A stretch of 14,782 bases of DNA from Octopus sinensis (Eukaryota). The notes beneath the pieces were generated by a model, which did not search any database, was not told where the DNA came from, and saw nothing but the letters and a program-made list of their open reading frames with translations. Positions 1 to 9,595 of this stretch are shown here, one piece after another (the first letter of the stretch is position 1; each line of letters starts with the position of its first letter). The translations under genes and the position numbers were made by a program. The stretch is taken from positions 1-14,782 of the forward strand of contig NW_021825680.1 in the NCBI RefSeq assembly GCF_006345805.1, in the 5' to 3' direction.

Positions 1-141
1 CGGTTCGGTAAAAGAGACCGATAAATAAGTACTGTGCTATAAAAGAATAAGTCCCGGCGTCGAGTTGCTCGATTAAAGGCGGTGCTCCAGCATGGCCGCA
101 GTCAAATGACTGAAACAAGTAAAAGAGAGTAAAAGAGAGAG
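1..141 (+). mobile_element. 3' part of tRNA-headed SINE family A, cut by the window edge
   Basis: Matches the 3' module of the full copies at 5795-6199, 11122-11535 and 12749-13152 (CGGTTCGG..AGAGACCGAT..AATAAGT..GTCGA..GCTCGA..AAAGGCGGTGCTCCAGCATGGCCGCAGTCAAATGACTGAAACAAG) and ends in an (AAAAGAGT)-like tail. Confidence 0.9.
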
Positions 142-370
142 TTATATGATAATTTATCTTAAAGTATATCAAGTTTTATGAAATGCAAATTTGCATGTAT
201 TAGATTAGTTAATTATTTCGTTCAACACCCGAGTAAATGTCTTTGATATTTTGCAGGAACTGTTTCGACTTATTTTCCTTTTTTTTTTTAAACACGCTTT
301 CTCGTCTTGCTGTAAAATCCCAACGCGTTGAAATCTAGTTGCACATACACACTCGCATATAAGTATAAAC

Positions 371-396
371 ATATATATATTCTTATAATATATAAT

Positions 397-463
<67 letters not shown>

Positions 464-777
464 TATATATATATATATATTCCCGTTCGTCAATAAAATA
501 TATATCTGTATGCATGTAGTTCTGTGCATATACATATGCGTGTACTTCTCTCTATAAATGTAATATATACACACACACACACACACAACCACAAGTATAT
601 ATATATACACACACATATATATATATATGTGGTGTATATGTATATATCTATATGTATATATATATGTATTATATATATATATATATACTTGTTATATATA
701 TGTGTGTGTGGACGCGCGCTTACTTTTAACTGTCTTCATATTATGTTATATATATGTATGTATATATTATATAATAT

Positions 778-846
<69 letters not shown>

Positions 847-903
847 CATATGTATAATATGAAGACAGATAAAAGTAAGCACACACACACACACACATAA
901 TAT

Positions 904-952
<49 letters not shown>

Positions 953-998
953 TATAATAAAGAGAGAGAGAGAGAGAAAGAGAGAAAGTGAGGATACG

Positions 999-1041
<43 letters not shown>

Positions 1042-1042
1042 G
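371..1042. repeat. Compound microsatellite: (AT)n with (AC)n, (GT)n and (AG)n blocks
   Basis: Read directly from the sequence. It accounts for the Y/I/C/V-rich ORFs at 288-1045. Confidence 0.97.
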
Positions 1043-1459
1043 CATATAATTTGCTTTTATCTATCTTTTACCTGACAACATTACGTTTTTGAACTCCTAA
1101 CACCTTTTATGGAATCTCTCACTCCCTCAACTAAGATGGCTATATATTTTCTTAGCCACTTCTGTTTACAAAAACCGTCACATTGAATGTTTTCTTAGCT
1201 TCCAACTCCATTCTCCATGTTCTAAACAAAGTACTCCTCCACAACCTCCAGCTTTCCAATCTTTTTCCTCACGTACCCTGTATCCATACCCCAGGTGTTG
1301 CAGGTTTTCAAGGTGTTCCTGCCATCAACCTTACGGTCTGCACACATTAGCTAGCCCTGTCCTTGTCAAACACCTTTATCTTTTCCCAAAGGGATTTCGA
1401 TATTACCACTCGTTCTTCTAGAAACGGCAGCCAAATCACTCTCAAATCTCACCCTCGTG

Positions 1460-1710
1460 TATTCGCCTGTCGTAGACGACAGATGAGCATTCTACATCGT
1501 ATCACTGAAAAAACCTGCACGGATCAAGTGTTTGCACTGTCCATTAGTTCGCTCCCTCCATCAAATCGACGTTGCCTGAAGAGGTGCACGGTACGTGACA
1601 CGTCTGGTATCTAAGTGATCGCAGATACCTCGCAATACCTCGTCCGGTAATCGAACTTGCGATCTCTCGATCATGAGTACAACACTGTAACCACTACGCT
1701 ACGGACCTTC
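1460..1710 (-). mobile_element. tRNA-headed SINE, C-type head with a body different from the copy at 12329
   Basis: Minus strand reads GAAGGTCCGTAGCGTAGTGGTTACAGTGTTGTACTCATGATCGAGAGATCGCAAGTTCGATTACCGGAC, with an A box (TAGCGTAGTGG) and B box (GTTCGATTACC). It aligns with the head at 12329-12400. The 3' boundary is approximate. Confidence 0.75.
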
Positions 1711-1784
1711 ACTCTACTTAAGCCCTACTGATTTAATAATGAAGAACACACTAAAATTGAAGTTCCCGGGTATACAAAAATGGT

Positions 1785-2995
1785 AGAATGGATACGACTA
1801 TAGTCTTTAGAACTGTACGAGATGAGAACTGACTTGAATTTTAAAAGAAGCAATGCCTGGCCTTCTACTGGAATTAAAACAGTTCTTTGAAAACATGCCG
1901 CAGTGCGTCACAATTCCAAGGAAAGTAACCCCTTTGGCTCTGTCAACTACCGACTTAGCTCTTTTCTTACTAAAATCTGGAAGGTTTCCGTTGTCCCTGT
2001 TGTTATTTAGCCCCAGGTTAAGCCTGATTGAGGAGGAGATCTATGACCAAATGGATTCTGGCTGCGGCCATCTTGTTCTTTTAAATGTAACTAAAGATGC
2101 CATTACCGAAGGTGTCCATTTTTTAAGTAGTCAAGTGTAATTTGGGGCAAGATTTGGTTTCTATTTCTAGCAGTGGATTCCTCCTTTATCCCCTTCAGTT
2201 TCTTCCTTCTTTTAGTGACAACCAGACCCTACCTGGGGTACTGCGCTATCTTGGTGTAGAGGTTTGCGTTCGGCGCTGATCTTGTAGGACCATGCTGGAC
2301 CGGTGCAACTATATCAGAAGTGTTTATTAGTGGCAGCCAGACCAAAGGTACTCCATTCTCAAGACCGCGGAGAAAAATCAGGTGGAAGAGGTTACCTAAC
2401 TCAACGACTATGAAGGCGGACGAAGGTTGCAACAGATCTGACAACTCCAACTGTGCTTGCTTTCTTGCCATTGCGTCCAATTGGCAGATTTGTGAAGGAC
2501 CATGTGCATCTTGGAACTATGCCAACTATGTTTCCTTAAACAAAATTGAAGGAGATTGTTCATATTAAGAATACACCACCACAACATTAAACACGAACGG
2601 CACTCGGCCTAGAGTCCTCATAGTCCCACCGGTTGAGTAACCTCACTATCACTGTGGATCTCTCCTGGAAATAAAATAGATCCTTAACGTATCTAGGACT
2701 GCATCCCAGTAACTACTCTGCTCCAACTGCAGATGTTTTACAAGGCTCAAGGAAGGTCCTCAGTAGAGTACTATATCCGGCATCTGGGATAGTGCGGTAA
2801 GCACTCATGCACATAGCCTGGAATGTACACAGAGATGGCTCTTTCGACCAAGTGCTATTCAGGCATTATTAGACACACGTTAACCTTTGGCTCACAGGCA
2901 TGATGTCTCCTGCTTCGGTTTTCTTTCTATCGATACAGTAATGGATTCTTTTCCTCGAATTTTGCTGGTTTTGCACTTTTATCATTCAGGTATGT
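1785..2995 (+). mobile_element. Degenerate non-LTR retrotransposon ORF2 relic (reverse transcriptase and C-terminus; Jockey/CR1-like group)
   Basis: Manual translation across stops and frameshifts gives motifs in the expected order: STGIKTVL*KHAAVRHNSKESNPFGSVNYR (1864-1953, cf. WK.A.V.PI.KK..NYR), LVLLNVTKDA (cf. LD..KAFD), SWNYANYVSLN, LTITVDLSWK, MFYKAQGRSSVEY (cf. LYKAQ.R...EY), IWDSA, PLAHRHDVS, FYRYSNGF. No intact YADD is seen. Confidence 0.7.
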
Positions 2996-3493
2996 GACTC
3001 GATTTGTCTTTCTACCTCTTGTCCCTCATAGGGTGCTCATTATTCTCATCCTTTCTGTCCTCTGAAATCTTCTTCCTGCTTATGTCTGTCTATCCAGCAA
3101 TGATTTCAAGAGCTGCAATGATTTCAACGGAACATTTAACAGTATCAAGCTCAATGCTCTCTGCAAACGTGATGGGCAACACTACGTTCTCCACACAAGC
3201 CTAGCATTTATGAAACGAGGGTGGACTGAAAAGTTCATGAAGGAGTGATGCTAGAGCTGTGAAATCTTGCCTGCATCAATTTTAACTATTCTTCTTAATA
3301 ATTGCATTGTTTCTTTCCACGTATACTGTTATATCCTTAAAATGTATTATTATAACACCTATTCTTAGTAAGACAAGTAAGACACGACTATCTCTGACCG
3401 CTTACTACGTTCTCTGACACTCCACGTACTTCTCTTTACTTAGAATGAATAGGTTATTCCATTCGTCACGTGTGAGGGGAGTGTACCATTATT

Positions 3494-3688
3494 CTTTTCT
3501 ACAATAGGCACAAGGCCCGAAATTTTAGGGAAGGGGCCAGTCGATTAGATCGACCCCGGTACGAAACTGGCACTTAATTTATCGACTCCGAAAGAATGAA
3601 AGGCAAAGTCGACCTCGGCGGAATTTGAACCCAGAACATAAAGACAGACGAAATACCTCTAAGCATTTCGCCACGCGTACTAACGTTC
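3494..3688 (-). mobile_element. 5'-truncated SINE family B, tail type 2
   Basis: Minus strand: AACGTTAG..GAAATGCTTAG..GGGTTCAAATTCCGCCGAGGTCGACTTTGCCTTTCAT..GGGGTCGATCTAATCGAC..CGGGCCTTGTGCCTATTGTAGAAAAG. Homologous to 6370-6574 and lacks the GGCGGCGAG start. Confidence 0.9.
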
Positions 3689-3953
3689 CTTATTTATTTA
3701 CTGCCCACAAGGGGCTTACACACAGAGGGGACAAACAAGGACAGACAAACGGATTAAGTCGATTATATCGACCCCAGTGCGTAACTGGTACTTATTTAAT
3801 CGACCCCAGTGCGTAACTGGTACTTATTTAATCGACCCCGAAAGGATGAAAGGCAAAGTCGACCTCGGGGAATTTGAACTCAGAACGTAGCGGTAGACGA
3901 AATATCGCTAAGCATTTCGTCCGGCGTGCTAACGTTTCTACCAACTCGCCGCC
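3689..3953 (-). mobile_element. Full-length SINE family B, tail type 1, with an internal 32-bp tandem duplication
   Basis: Minus strand starts GGCGGCGAGTTGGTAGAAACGTTAGC, has B box GAGTTCAAATTCC, and shares its tail with 10818-11053. ATCGACCCCAGTGCGTAACTGGTACTTATTTA occurs at 3767-3798 and 3799-3830. Confidence 0.92.
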
Positions 3954-3990
3954 TTGGTGGTTGTACCATTATTACTAATTCCTCACAACA

Positions 3991-4629
3991 TCTCTTTTAA
4001 GTTTTTCTGAGGAAGAGTCATTCTACTAAGCAATAATTTTTCTCACTCCACCTCCGGTTTTTGATTTTTTTTCCTGTACAATTTTATATTCTTTGTGCGT
4101 GGCATCTATTTTCAGAAACTCTATATATTTTCTTTTCCTCGCCTGGGTTCAATCCCCTGCAGTGACATTGGTACTTGGAACGTATTGTACAACCATTCCA
4201 TTGGTTCCTCCAACTTCTTTGGTTCACTTTCCAAGAATCTCTTGGTTGGTTCCTATGTCTCTTTTGTATACCTTTTTAACTTATTATCCAATACATCATT
4301 TTACCTATGCCTTTGGTAATTACGCCGTCTCCCCAGCTCTGCCTTCCATTCTTGTATGCCCTCATATACACCTTTGCACCAACTTTCAACAATCTTGCTA
4401 TGTCTTCCCTAGCACTTTTTCTTTTCTTGCCAGGTAGTAAGTTATCAAGGACCGATTCTACTTTCCTTGCAAACATCAGCTCTGCTGGTGAGCCACCTGC
4501 TGGTGTATTCAGATTTGGTGTCACAAGGTACACTCTTAAGAATTGCTGTACAGCCACCTCATCCATGACTTCCTTATTTGATTTTCTGAGGGATCTCTTG
4601 AAGGTATCGACAAAGCGTTCTGCCTGACC
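3991..4629 (-). mobile_element. Gypsy/Ty3-type pol 3' remnant: integrase core end and C-terminal region, then polypurine tract
   Basis: Frame of ORF 4566..4276 extended upstream reads GQAERFVDTFKRSLRK..QFLRVYLVTPNLNTPAGGSPAELMFARKVESVLDNLLP..KVGAKVYMRAY..W.DGVI. After a stop it continues KRHRNQ. GQAER carries the catalytic E of DDE integrases and SPAEL.F.R is typical of Gypsy integrase. Stop and frameshift indicate decay. Confidence 0.88.
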
Positions 4630-5059
4630 TTTTCTATTACTTCTGTAGGTTCGCTTTCGATTCTTTTTTCTTTAATTAAATATACCTTATAGATTATTTT
4701 CCTTTCTTCCATGGTGACAATTTAACGTCACCACCTTCTCTATTCAACACTTTCTCAAATTTTTTCAAATTTTTCAGACTTACCTCTTTTTTAAGAACCT
4801 CTGTTGCCTCTGCAAAACTTTTCTTTTTTAGACACTCGTCCATTACTTCCACAGCTCTTACTAGCTCCTCCACGGATGACGATAATTCTGAGAACGATAC
4901 TTCTGACGATACTTCTGAACCGTTCAGGCCCGAATAGAACTCAGCCATCTCTACTCAAAAATGTGAAGAGACAGCACAACCACAAAAAAAAAAAAACGCT
5001 ACAAAGCAGCCCAAAACACTCAGACACTGTAGAAAAACAGCAGTACACAAAGCAAAGAA

Positions 5060-5181
5060 TAAACTCTAACCAGCTGCTACGTACTCTTGTACTACACGTA
5101 CTTCTCTTTACTTATGTTGGTATAGGTTATTCCATTCATCATGTGGGAGGGGTGTACCATTATTACTAATTCCCTAGAACA
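5060..5181 (-). mobile_element. Second LTR-like copy (5' LTR or related-family LTR); may extend to about 4962
   Basis: Minus strand TGTTCTAGGGAATTAGTAATAATGGTACAC..GAATGGAATAACCTA..TAAGTAAAGAGAAGTACGTG aligns with the LTR starting at 3990, roughly 80% by eye. No polypurine tract precedes it and no clear primer-binding site was found. Confidence 0.7.
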
Positions 5182-5292
5182 TAAACTGACACCTGACTGT
5201 TCAAAGAAGACTTCAAAAGCAACTAGTAGCGATTTCTCTTGGAAGTAGCCAAAATTTGGCATCGTGGTTATATGAAGTATCTGCAGATACCG

Positions 5293-5787
5293 TGGGAATA
5301 ATTTGAATGATAGCAAGAATAACCTGGTCGTGAGAATAATCTGGTAGTTAAGAATAATCTAGTAATGATAAAAATTTAGAAGATGGATTAACTTGGATGA
5401 CAATGGAAATACTCAGAAATGGGAACAAATTTGCCGTAAGAACAATTCGGTTGATAGTAAGAATGACCTGGCTGCCAGTAGCAATGGCCCAGAATAGGAA
5501 TAATATGTCAGAGAGAATAATATCTCTGACTGTGGGAATAATCTGGCTAAGAGTAGGAATGATCTAGCGTAGGAATAACCCGAGAGGGAGATTAACCTGG
5601 CTCACAGTGGGAGGAATAACTGGGCTGAAGTAGGAATAATTTAAATGGGACTAAACTAGTAATGGGAATAATCGGGCAATGAAATAACTAATAGCACGAA
5701 TAATCTGTCAGTAGGAATAACCTAGCAGTGTTAATAGTAATAACCCTGAAAGAGAGAATAATCTGAATTAAGGCTGGATTAACTGAA
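5293..5787 (+). repeat. Degenerate minisatellite, about 26 units of a (G/A)GAATAA(T/C)CTG-like core, spacing mostly about 17 or 21 bp
   Basis: Cores at 5296, 5317, 5334, 5352, ... 5498, 5515, 5536, 5557, 5573, ... 5698, 5715, 5756, 5777 with variable linkers. No long ORF covers it. Confidence 0.85.
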
Positions 5788-5794
5788 GATATTA

Positions 5795-6199
5795 TACTCT
5801 TTTACTCTTTTACTTGTTTCAGTCATTTGACTGCGGCCATGCTGGAGCACCGCCTTTAGTCGATCAAATCGACCCCGGGACTTATTCTTTGTAAGCCCAG
5901 TACTTATTCTATCGGTATCTTTTGCCGAACCGCTAAGTGACAGGGACGTAAACACACCAGCATCTGTTGTCATGCAATGCTAGGGGGGACAAACACAGAC
6001 ACACAAACACACATACATATATATATATATACATATATACGACAGGCTTCTTTCAGTTTCCGTCTACCAAATCCACTCACAAGGCATTGGTCGGCCCGGG
6101 GCTATAGCAGAAGACACTTGCCCAAGATGCCACGCAATGGGACTGAACCCGGAACCATGTGGTTGGTTAGCAAGCTACTTACCACACAGCCACTCACGG
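5795..6199 (-). mobile_element. Near full-length SINE family A
   Basis: Minus strand: GAGTGGCTGTGTGGTAAGTAGC..GGGTTCAGTCCC (A/B-box-like), ATCTTGGGCAAGTGTCTT, internal (AT/GT)n linker, 3' module and (AAAAGAGT)n tail. In the other copies the motif is ACCTTGGGCAAGTG, which resembles the CORE-SINE ACCTTGGGCAAGTCAC. Confidence 0.93.
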
Positions 6200-6369
6200 T
6201 ATTGTTTATAGATTTCAAGGATTTCAAAATAACTTGATCTGATCTGATGCGTTGTTGCAATTAAAACAGTTACATCGTGGTAGAGTCATTGCAATAACTA
6301 AAGGATACACACGTACTATTATAATTACTTTTACTATTTTATTATCACTATTATTAGTAGTAGTAATAA

Positions 6370-6571
6370 GGCGTCGAGCTGACAGACTCATTAATAAGCC
6401 TGGCAGAATACTTAGCAGCATTTCCTTATGTTCTGAGTTCAAATTCCACCGAAGTCGACTTTGCTTTTCGTCCATTCGGAGTCGATGAAATAAGCACCAT
6501 TTACGCACTGGGGTCGATGTATTGACTATCCCCTCCCCCCCCAAAATTTCGGGCCTTGTGCTTTTAGCAGA

Positions 6572-6574
<3 letters not shown>
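6370..6574 (+). mobile_element. SINE family B, tail type 2
   Basis: GGCGTCGAGCTGACAGA..GAGTTCAAATTCCACCGAAGTCGACTTTGC..CACTGGGGTCGATG..AAAATTTCGGGCCTTGTGC..AGAAAG, running directly into (ATT)n. Confidence 0.9.
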
Positions 6575-6620
<46 letters not shown>

Positions 6621-6638
6621 TCATTATTATCATTATTA

Positions 6639-6677
<39 letters not shown>

Positions 6678-6846
6678 CATTATTATTATTATTATTATTT
6701 ATTATATTATTATTATTATTATTATTATATTATTATTATTATGATTATTATTATTATTATTATTATTATTATTTTATTATCATCATTTTTATTATTATTA
6801 TTATATTATATTATTATTATTATTATTATTATTATCATCATCATCA

Positions 6847-6877
<31 letters not shown>

Positions 6878-6980
6878 CATTTTATTATTATTATTAATAT
6901 TATTATATTATTATTATTATATTATTATTATTATTATATTATTATTATTATATTATTATTATTATTATTATTATTTATCA

Positions 6981-7022
<42 letters not shown>

Positions 7023-7165
7023 TATTATTATTATTATTATTATGATTATTATTATTATTATTATATTATTATATTATTATATCATTATTATATTATTATT
7101 ATTATTATTATTATTATCATCATTTATTATTATATTATATTATATTATATTATTATCATTATTAA

Positions 7166-7199
<34 letters not shown>

Positions 7200-7217
7200 A
7201 TCATTTTATTATTATTA

Positions 7218-7252
<35 letters not shown>

Positions 7253-7263
7253 CATCATCATCA

Positions 7264-7346
<83 letters not shown>

Positions 7347-7360
7347 TATCATTATTATTA
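6575..7360 (+). repeat. About 790-bp imperfect (ATT)n microsatellite with (ATC)n blocks
   Basis: Read directly from the sequence. It is the source of the poly-I/Y/L 311-aa ORF. Confidence 0.98.
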
Positions 7361-8414
7361 CTTTCAAATAATAAACTTATATATTATTAGGTACCAAAGT
7401 TTCTCGTCATACATTCATGACCTGGTCACTGATGCTCCACTTGACTGCATCAGTTAAAAATCAGTTGTTGGCCAGTTCTCGTAGTAGGTTGTGGATAGAG
7501 TTGTTTTGGATTTATCGATTTTTTTTTCTTTCCGATTTTTTTTTCGCACTGTGTCTCTTTGTCTCTTATTCTCTCCCCGCCTCTCCTCTCTCTCTCCCCC
7601 TTATTCAATTCCTTCTTTCCTTCTTTCTTTCTTTCCTTGTTGTTGATGTCTTAGACCAAAGCGTACGATATATGTTTTCTTTCATCTTCACATTGAAGTC
7701 ACTCCTATGATCTCTCACTAAACTACGTTCTCTAACACCCTCCTCCAGCTATGTCTAGCAATGTTTAGCTGTGGTTTATGGCATTATTCCACAACTAGTA
7801 ATAGCGTTTACAACGATGGCGACGGTGCCACAAGTGGGCTGGGGCTGGCGTTGGTGAAAGATCAGGCAGGTTTTTTTGACCACTTTTCTCTCTTCTTGCT
7901 TTATTCTTTTTAATCTCATATTTGTTTTATACTCTATTTTTGGTTTTACTTTCTTTTACTGTTTTATGGAAATTCTGTTTGTTTGGTCGCCTTGGTGTCC
8001 ACTTAGTATTTTTTCTTCTAAATTTAAAAAAAAATTACTACTTTTGTGGTCTTTTGATGGCTGGAGATGTCGTCTACTATTTCTTTAGAACTTTACAGCT
8101 ATATAAATCATATTTTAATTTGTTTATATATATTTATTTAAATATTCATCACTCCATATAATCAAATTCTACATAATCTAGTTCTATAGACTGGAGATAG
8201 ATTCAATAAAGATTCTATATAGATTTAATAAAGTTCCTCTCATAGTTAACTTAAGAATATTTGCGATTATAAAATTCTCCAAATATGTGTATTTTGTTTT
8301 GTAAATTATTTGTTTATAAATATATTCTATTCTAGCTTATACTTTTGCTGTGTATAAAAAGTTACCAAGTTGTGCATGGTAGCAATATTGTGTATATTAT
8401 ATTTAATATAATAT

Positions 8415-8841
8415 GGTCTCAAGCATTTGTCTTATGAAGAAAGGCTGAAGACGCTCGACCTTTATTCTCTCGAAAAACGACGACGTCGTGGTGATCTCAT
8501 TCTCGCTCACAACATTATAAGCGGAAAGTGTAACTTCTCGAAAGAGCTGTTCTTCACTCCTGCTCCAGAACGTCGGCTGCGGCGTCACTCCGAAAAGCTC
8601 TATCTGTGACGATTTCATCTCAATCGAAGGAGAGGGGCTTTCTCCGTCCGGGTTGCGGATCCGTGGAATAAGCTGCCGGACGAGATAGTGAAGATGCCGA
8701 CGACAGCTCGGTTCAAAGTCTCTTTTGACCAGAAATGGTCTGAACTCTTTGTATGACCACCTTCCCTGTACATAACTCCCTGTCCCCCTACATGGCCTTG
8801 CTTTTGCTTTTTGAGCCAATAAAAATTAAATTGAATTGAAT
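8415..8841 (+). mobile_element. 5'-truncated CR1-group LINE: ORF2 C-terminus, 3' UTR and (AATTG)n-type tail
   Basis: GLKHLSYEERLKTLDLYSLEKRRRRGDLI..RRHSEKLYL*RFHLNRRRGAFSVRVADPWNKLPDEIV..FK..FD matches the CR1-type terminus (LSYEERL..L.LFSLE.RRLRGDLI; F..RV...WN.LP). There is an in-frame TGA at 8607-8609, the ORF stop at 8754-8756, and the tail AATTAAATTGAATTGAAT. Confidence 0.92.
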
Positions 8842-8851
8842 AATTGTATAG

Positions 8852-9053
8852 GGCGGCGAACTGACAGAATCGTTAGAACGGCGGGCAAAACAGCGGCATT
8901 TCGTCCGTCTTTGCGAGATCGATTTTGTTTTTTATCCTTTCAGGGTGGGTCGATGAAAATGGTACCAGTACCAGTTGAGCAGTGGGGTCGATACAATCGA
9001 TTTAATCCTCCCCCGAAATTGCTGGCCTTATGCCCAAACTTGAAACTAATTAT
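8852..9053 (+). mobile_element. SINE family B with the B-box region deleted
   Basis: GGCGGCGAACTGACAGAATCGTTAG..CATTTCGTCCGTCTTTGCG, then jumps to the GTCGAT core and the CCCCCGAAATTGCTGGCCTT tail. Confidence 0.85.
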
Positions 9054-9067
9054 CACATTTCATAGGG

Positions 9068-9142
9068 CTCTAGAGTCGATGTAATCGACTTAACCCATCT
9101 CCCGTAATTCTTGACCTTGTTCCAAAATTTGAAACAAATATT
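9068..9142 (+). mobile_element. 3' fragment of SINE family B
   Basis: GAGTCGATGTAATCGACTTAACCC..GACCTTGTTCCAAAATTTGAAAC matches the B tail. Confidence 0.8.
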
Positions 9143-9162
9143 AGGTATATTGTATTTGCATA

Positions 9163-9362
9163 GGACTGGTAGAACCGTTAGCACGCTAGTCAAAATGGCA
9201 TTTCGTCCGTCGTTAAGTCCTGAATTCAAATTCCACTGAGGTCTACTTTGCCTTTCATCCTTTCGGGGTCGATAAATTAAGTACTAGTTGAGTACTGGGG
9301 ACATTGTAATCGATTTACACACCCTCTCCCGAAATTACTGGCCTTGTGCCAAAAATATGAAG
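9163..9362 (+). mobile_element. SINE family B, diverged and near full length
   Basis: CTGGTAGAACCGTTAGCACG..GAATTCAAATTCCACTGAGGTCTACTTTGCCTTTCATCCTTTCGGGGTCGATAAATTAAGTAC..CTGGCCTTGTGCC. Confidence 0.9.
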
Positions 9363-9521
9363 TTCATAGTTTAATTTTAACGTAAAGCCAAGATACATCT
9401 CTAAGCACTCATAAGTTTCTGTTGAGCTCGCAATGCCCTTAAGTGGGGGGTTATTGCATCATCCCGCTTAAGATCCGTAACGCTAAGGCTAACTCTCCTA
9501 CACTAAGCAGAAGAATGTGTC

Positions 9522-9595
9522 CTGGGGTTAATGTAATTGATTTATCTCCTCCTCTAAACTGACTGGCCTTGTGTCAAAATCTCAAATCAATAATT
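9522..9595 (+). mobile_element. 3' fragment of SINE family B
   Basis: CTGGGGTTAATGTAATTGATTT..CTGGCCTTGTGTCAAAAT. Confidence 0.7.

Larger units (their letters stand above)
3308..3990 (-). mobile_element. 3' LTR of a Gypsy-type element, about 200 bp after removing the SINE insertion at 3494-3961
   Basis: Minus strand begins TGTTGTG directly after a purine-rich tract (AAAAACTTAAAAGAGA, 3991-4006) and ends ...GGAAAGAAACA. Its first ~115 bp align with 5060-5181. Confidence 0.75.

Noticed and set aside
288-1045. Six overlapping Y/I/C/V-rich ORFs
   Set aside because: They are translations of dinucleotide microsatellites, which lack stops in several frames.
5182-5290. Possible upstream continuation of the integrase (AFEVFFEQSGV on the minus strand)
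   Set aside because: No DNG motif or other integrase signature, so the similarity is within chance.
5293-5787. CRISPR-like repeat and spacer appearance
   Set aside because: Cores are about 10 bp and degenerate, linkers are about 7-14 bp, there are no cas genes, and the context is eukaryotic.
5977-6237. Recurring peptide GTEPGTMWLVSKLLTTQP (also 11336-11551 and 12690-12980)
   Set aside because: Antisense translation of the SINE A head. It recurs because of SINE copy number.
6522-7457. 311-aa ORF, the longest in the window
   Set aside because: Poly-I/Y/L from (ATT)n with no protein-like complexity.
7709-7830. About 30 bp resembling the LTR (ACTACGTTCTCT.ACAC; ACTACGTTCTC also at 3181-3191) and a PBS-like TGGCGACGG near 7818
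   Set aside because: Too short, no LTR boundaries can be defined, and the two hints imply opposite strands.
9438-9472. Hairpin CTTAAGTGGG / CCCGCTTAAG, considered as a Helitron 3' end
   Set aside because: 10-bp stem with one wobble, no CTRR|T terminus at a suitable distance and no other Helitron evidence.
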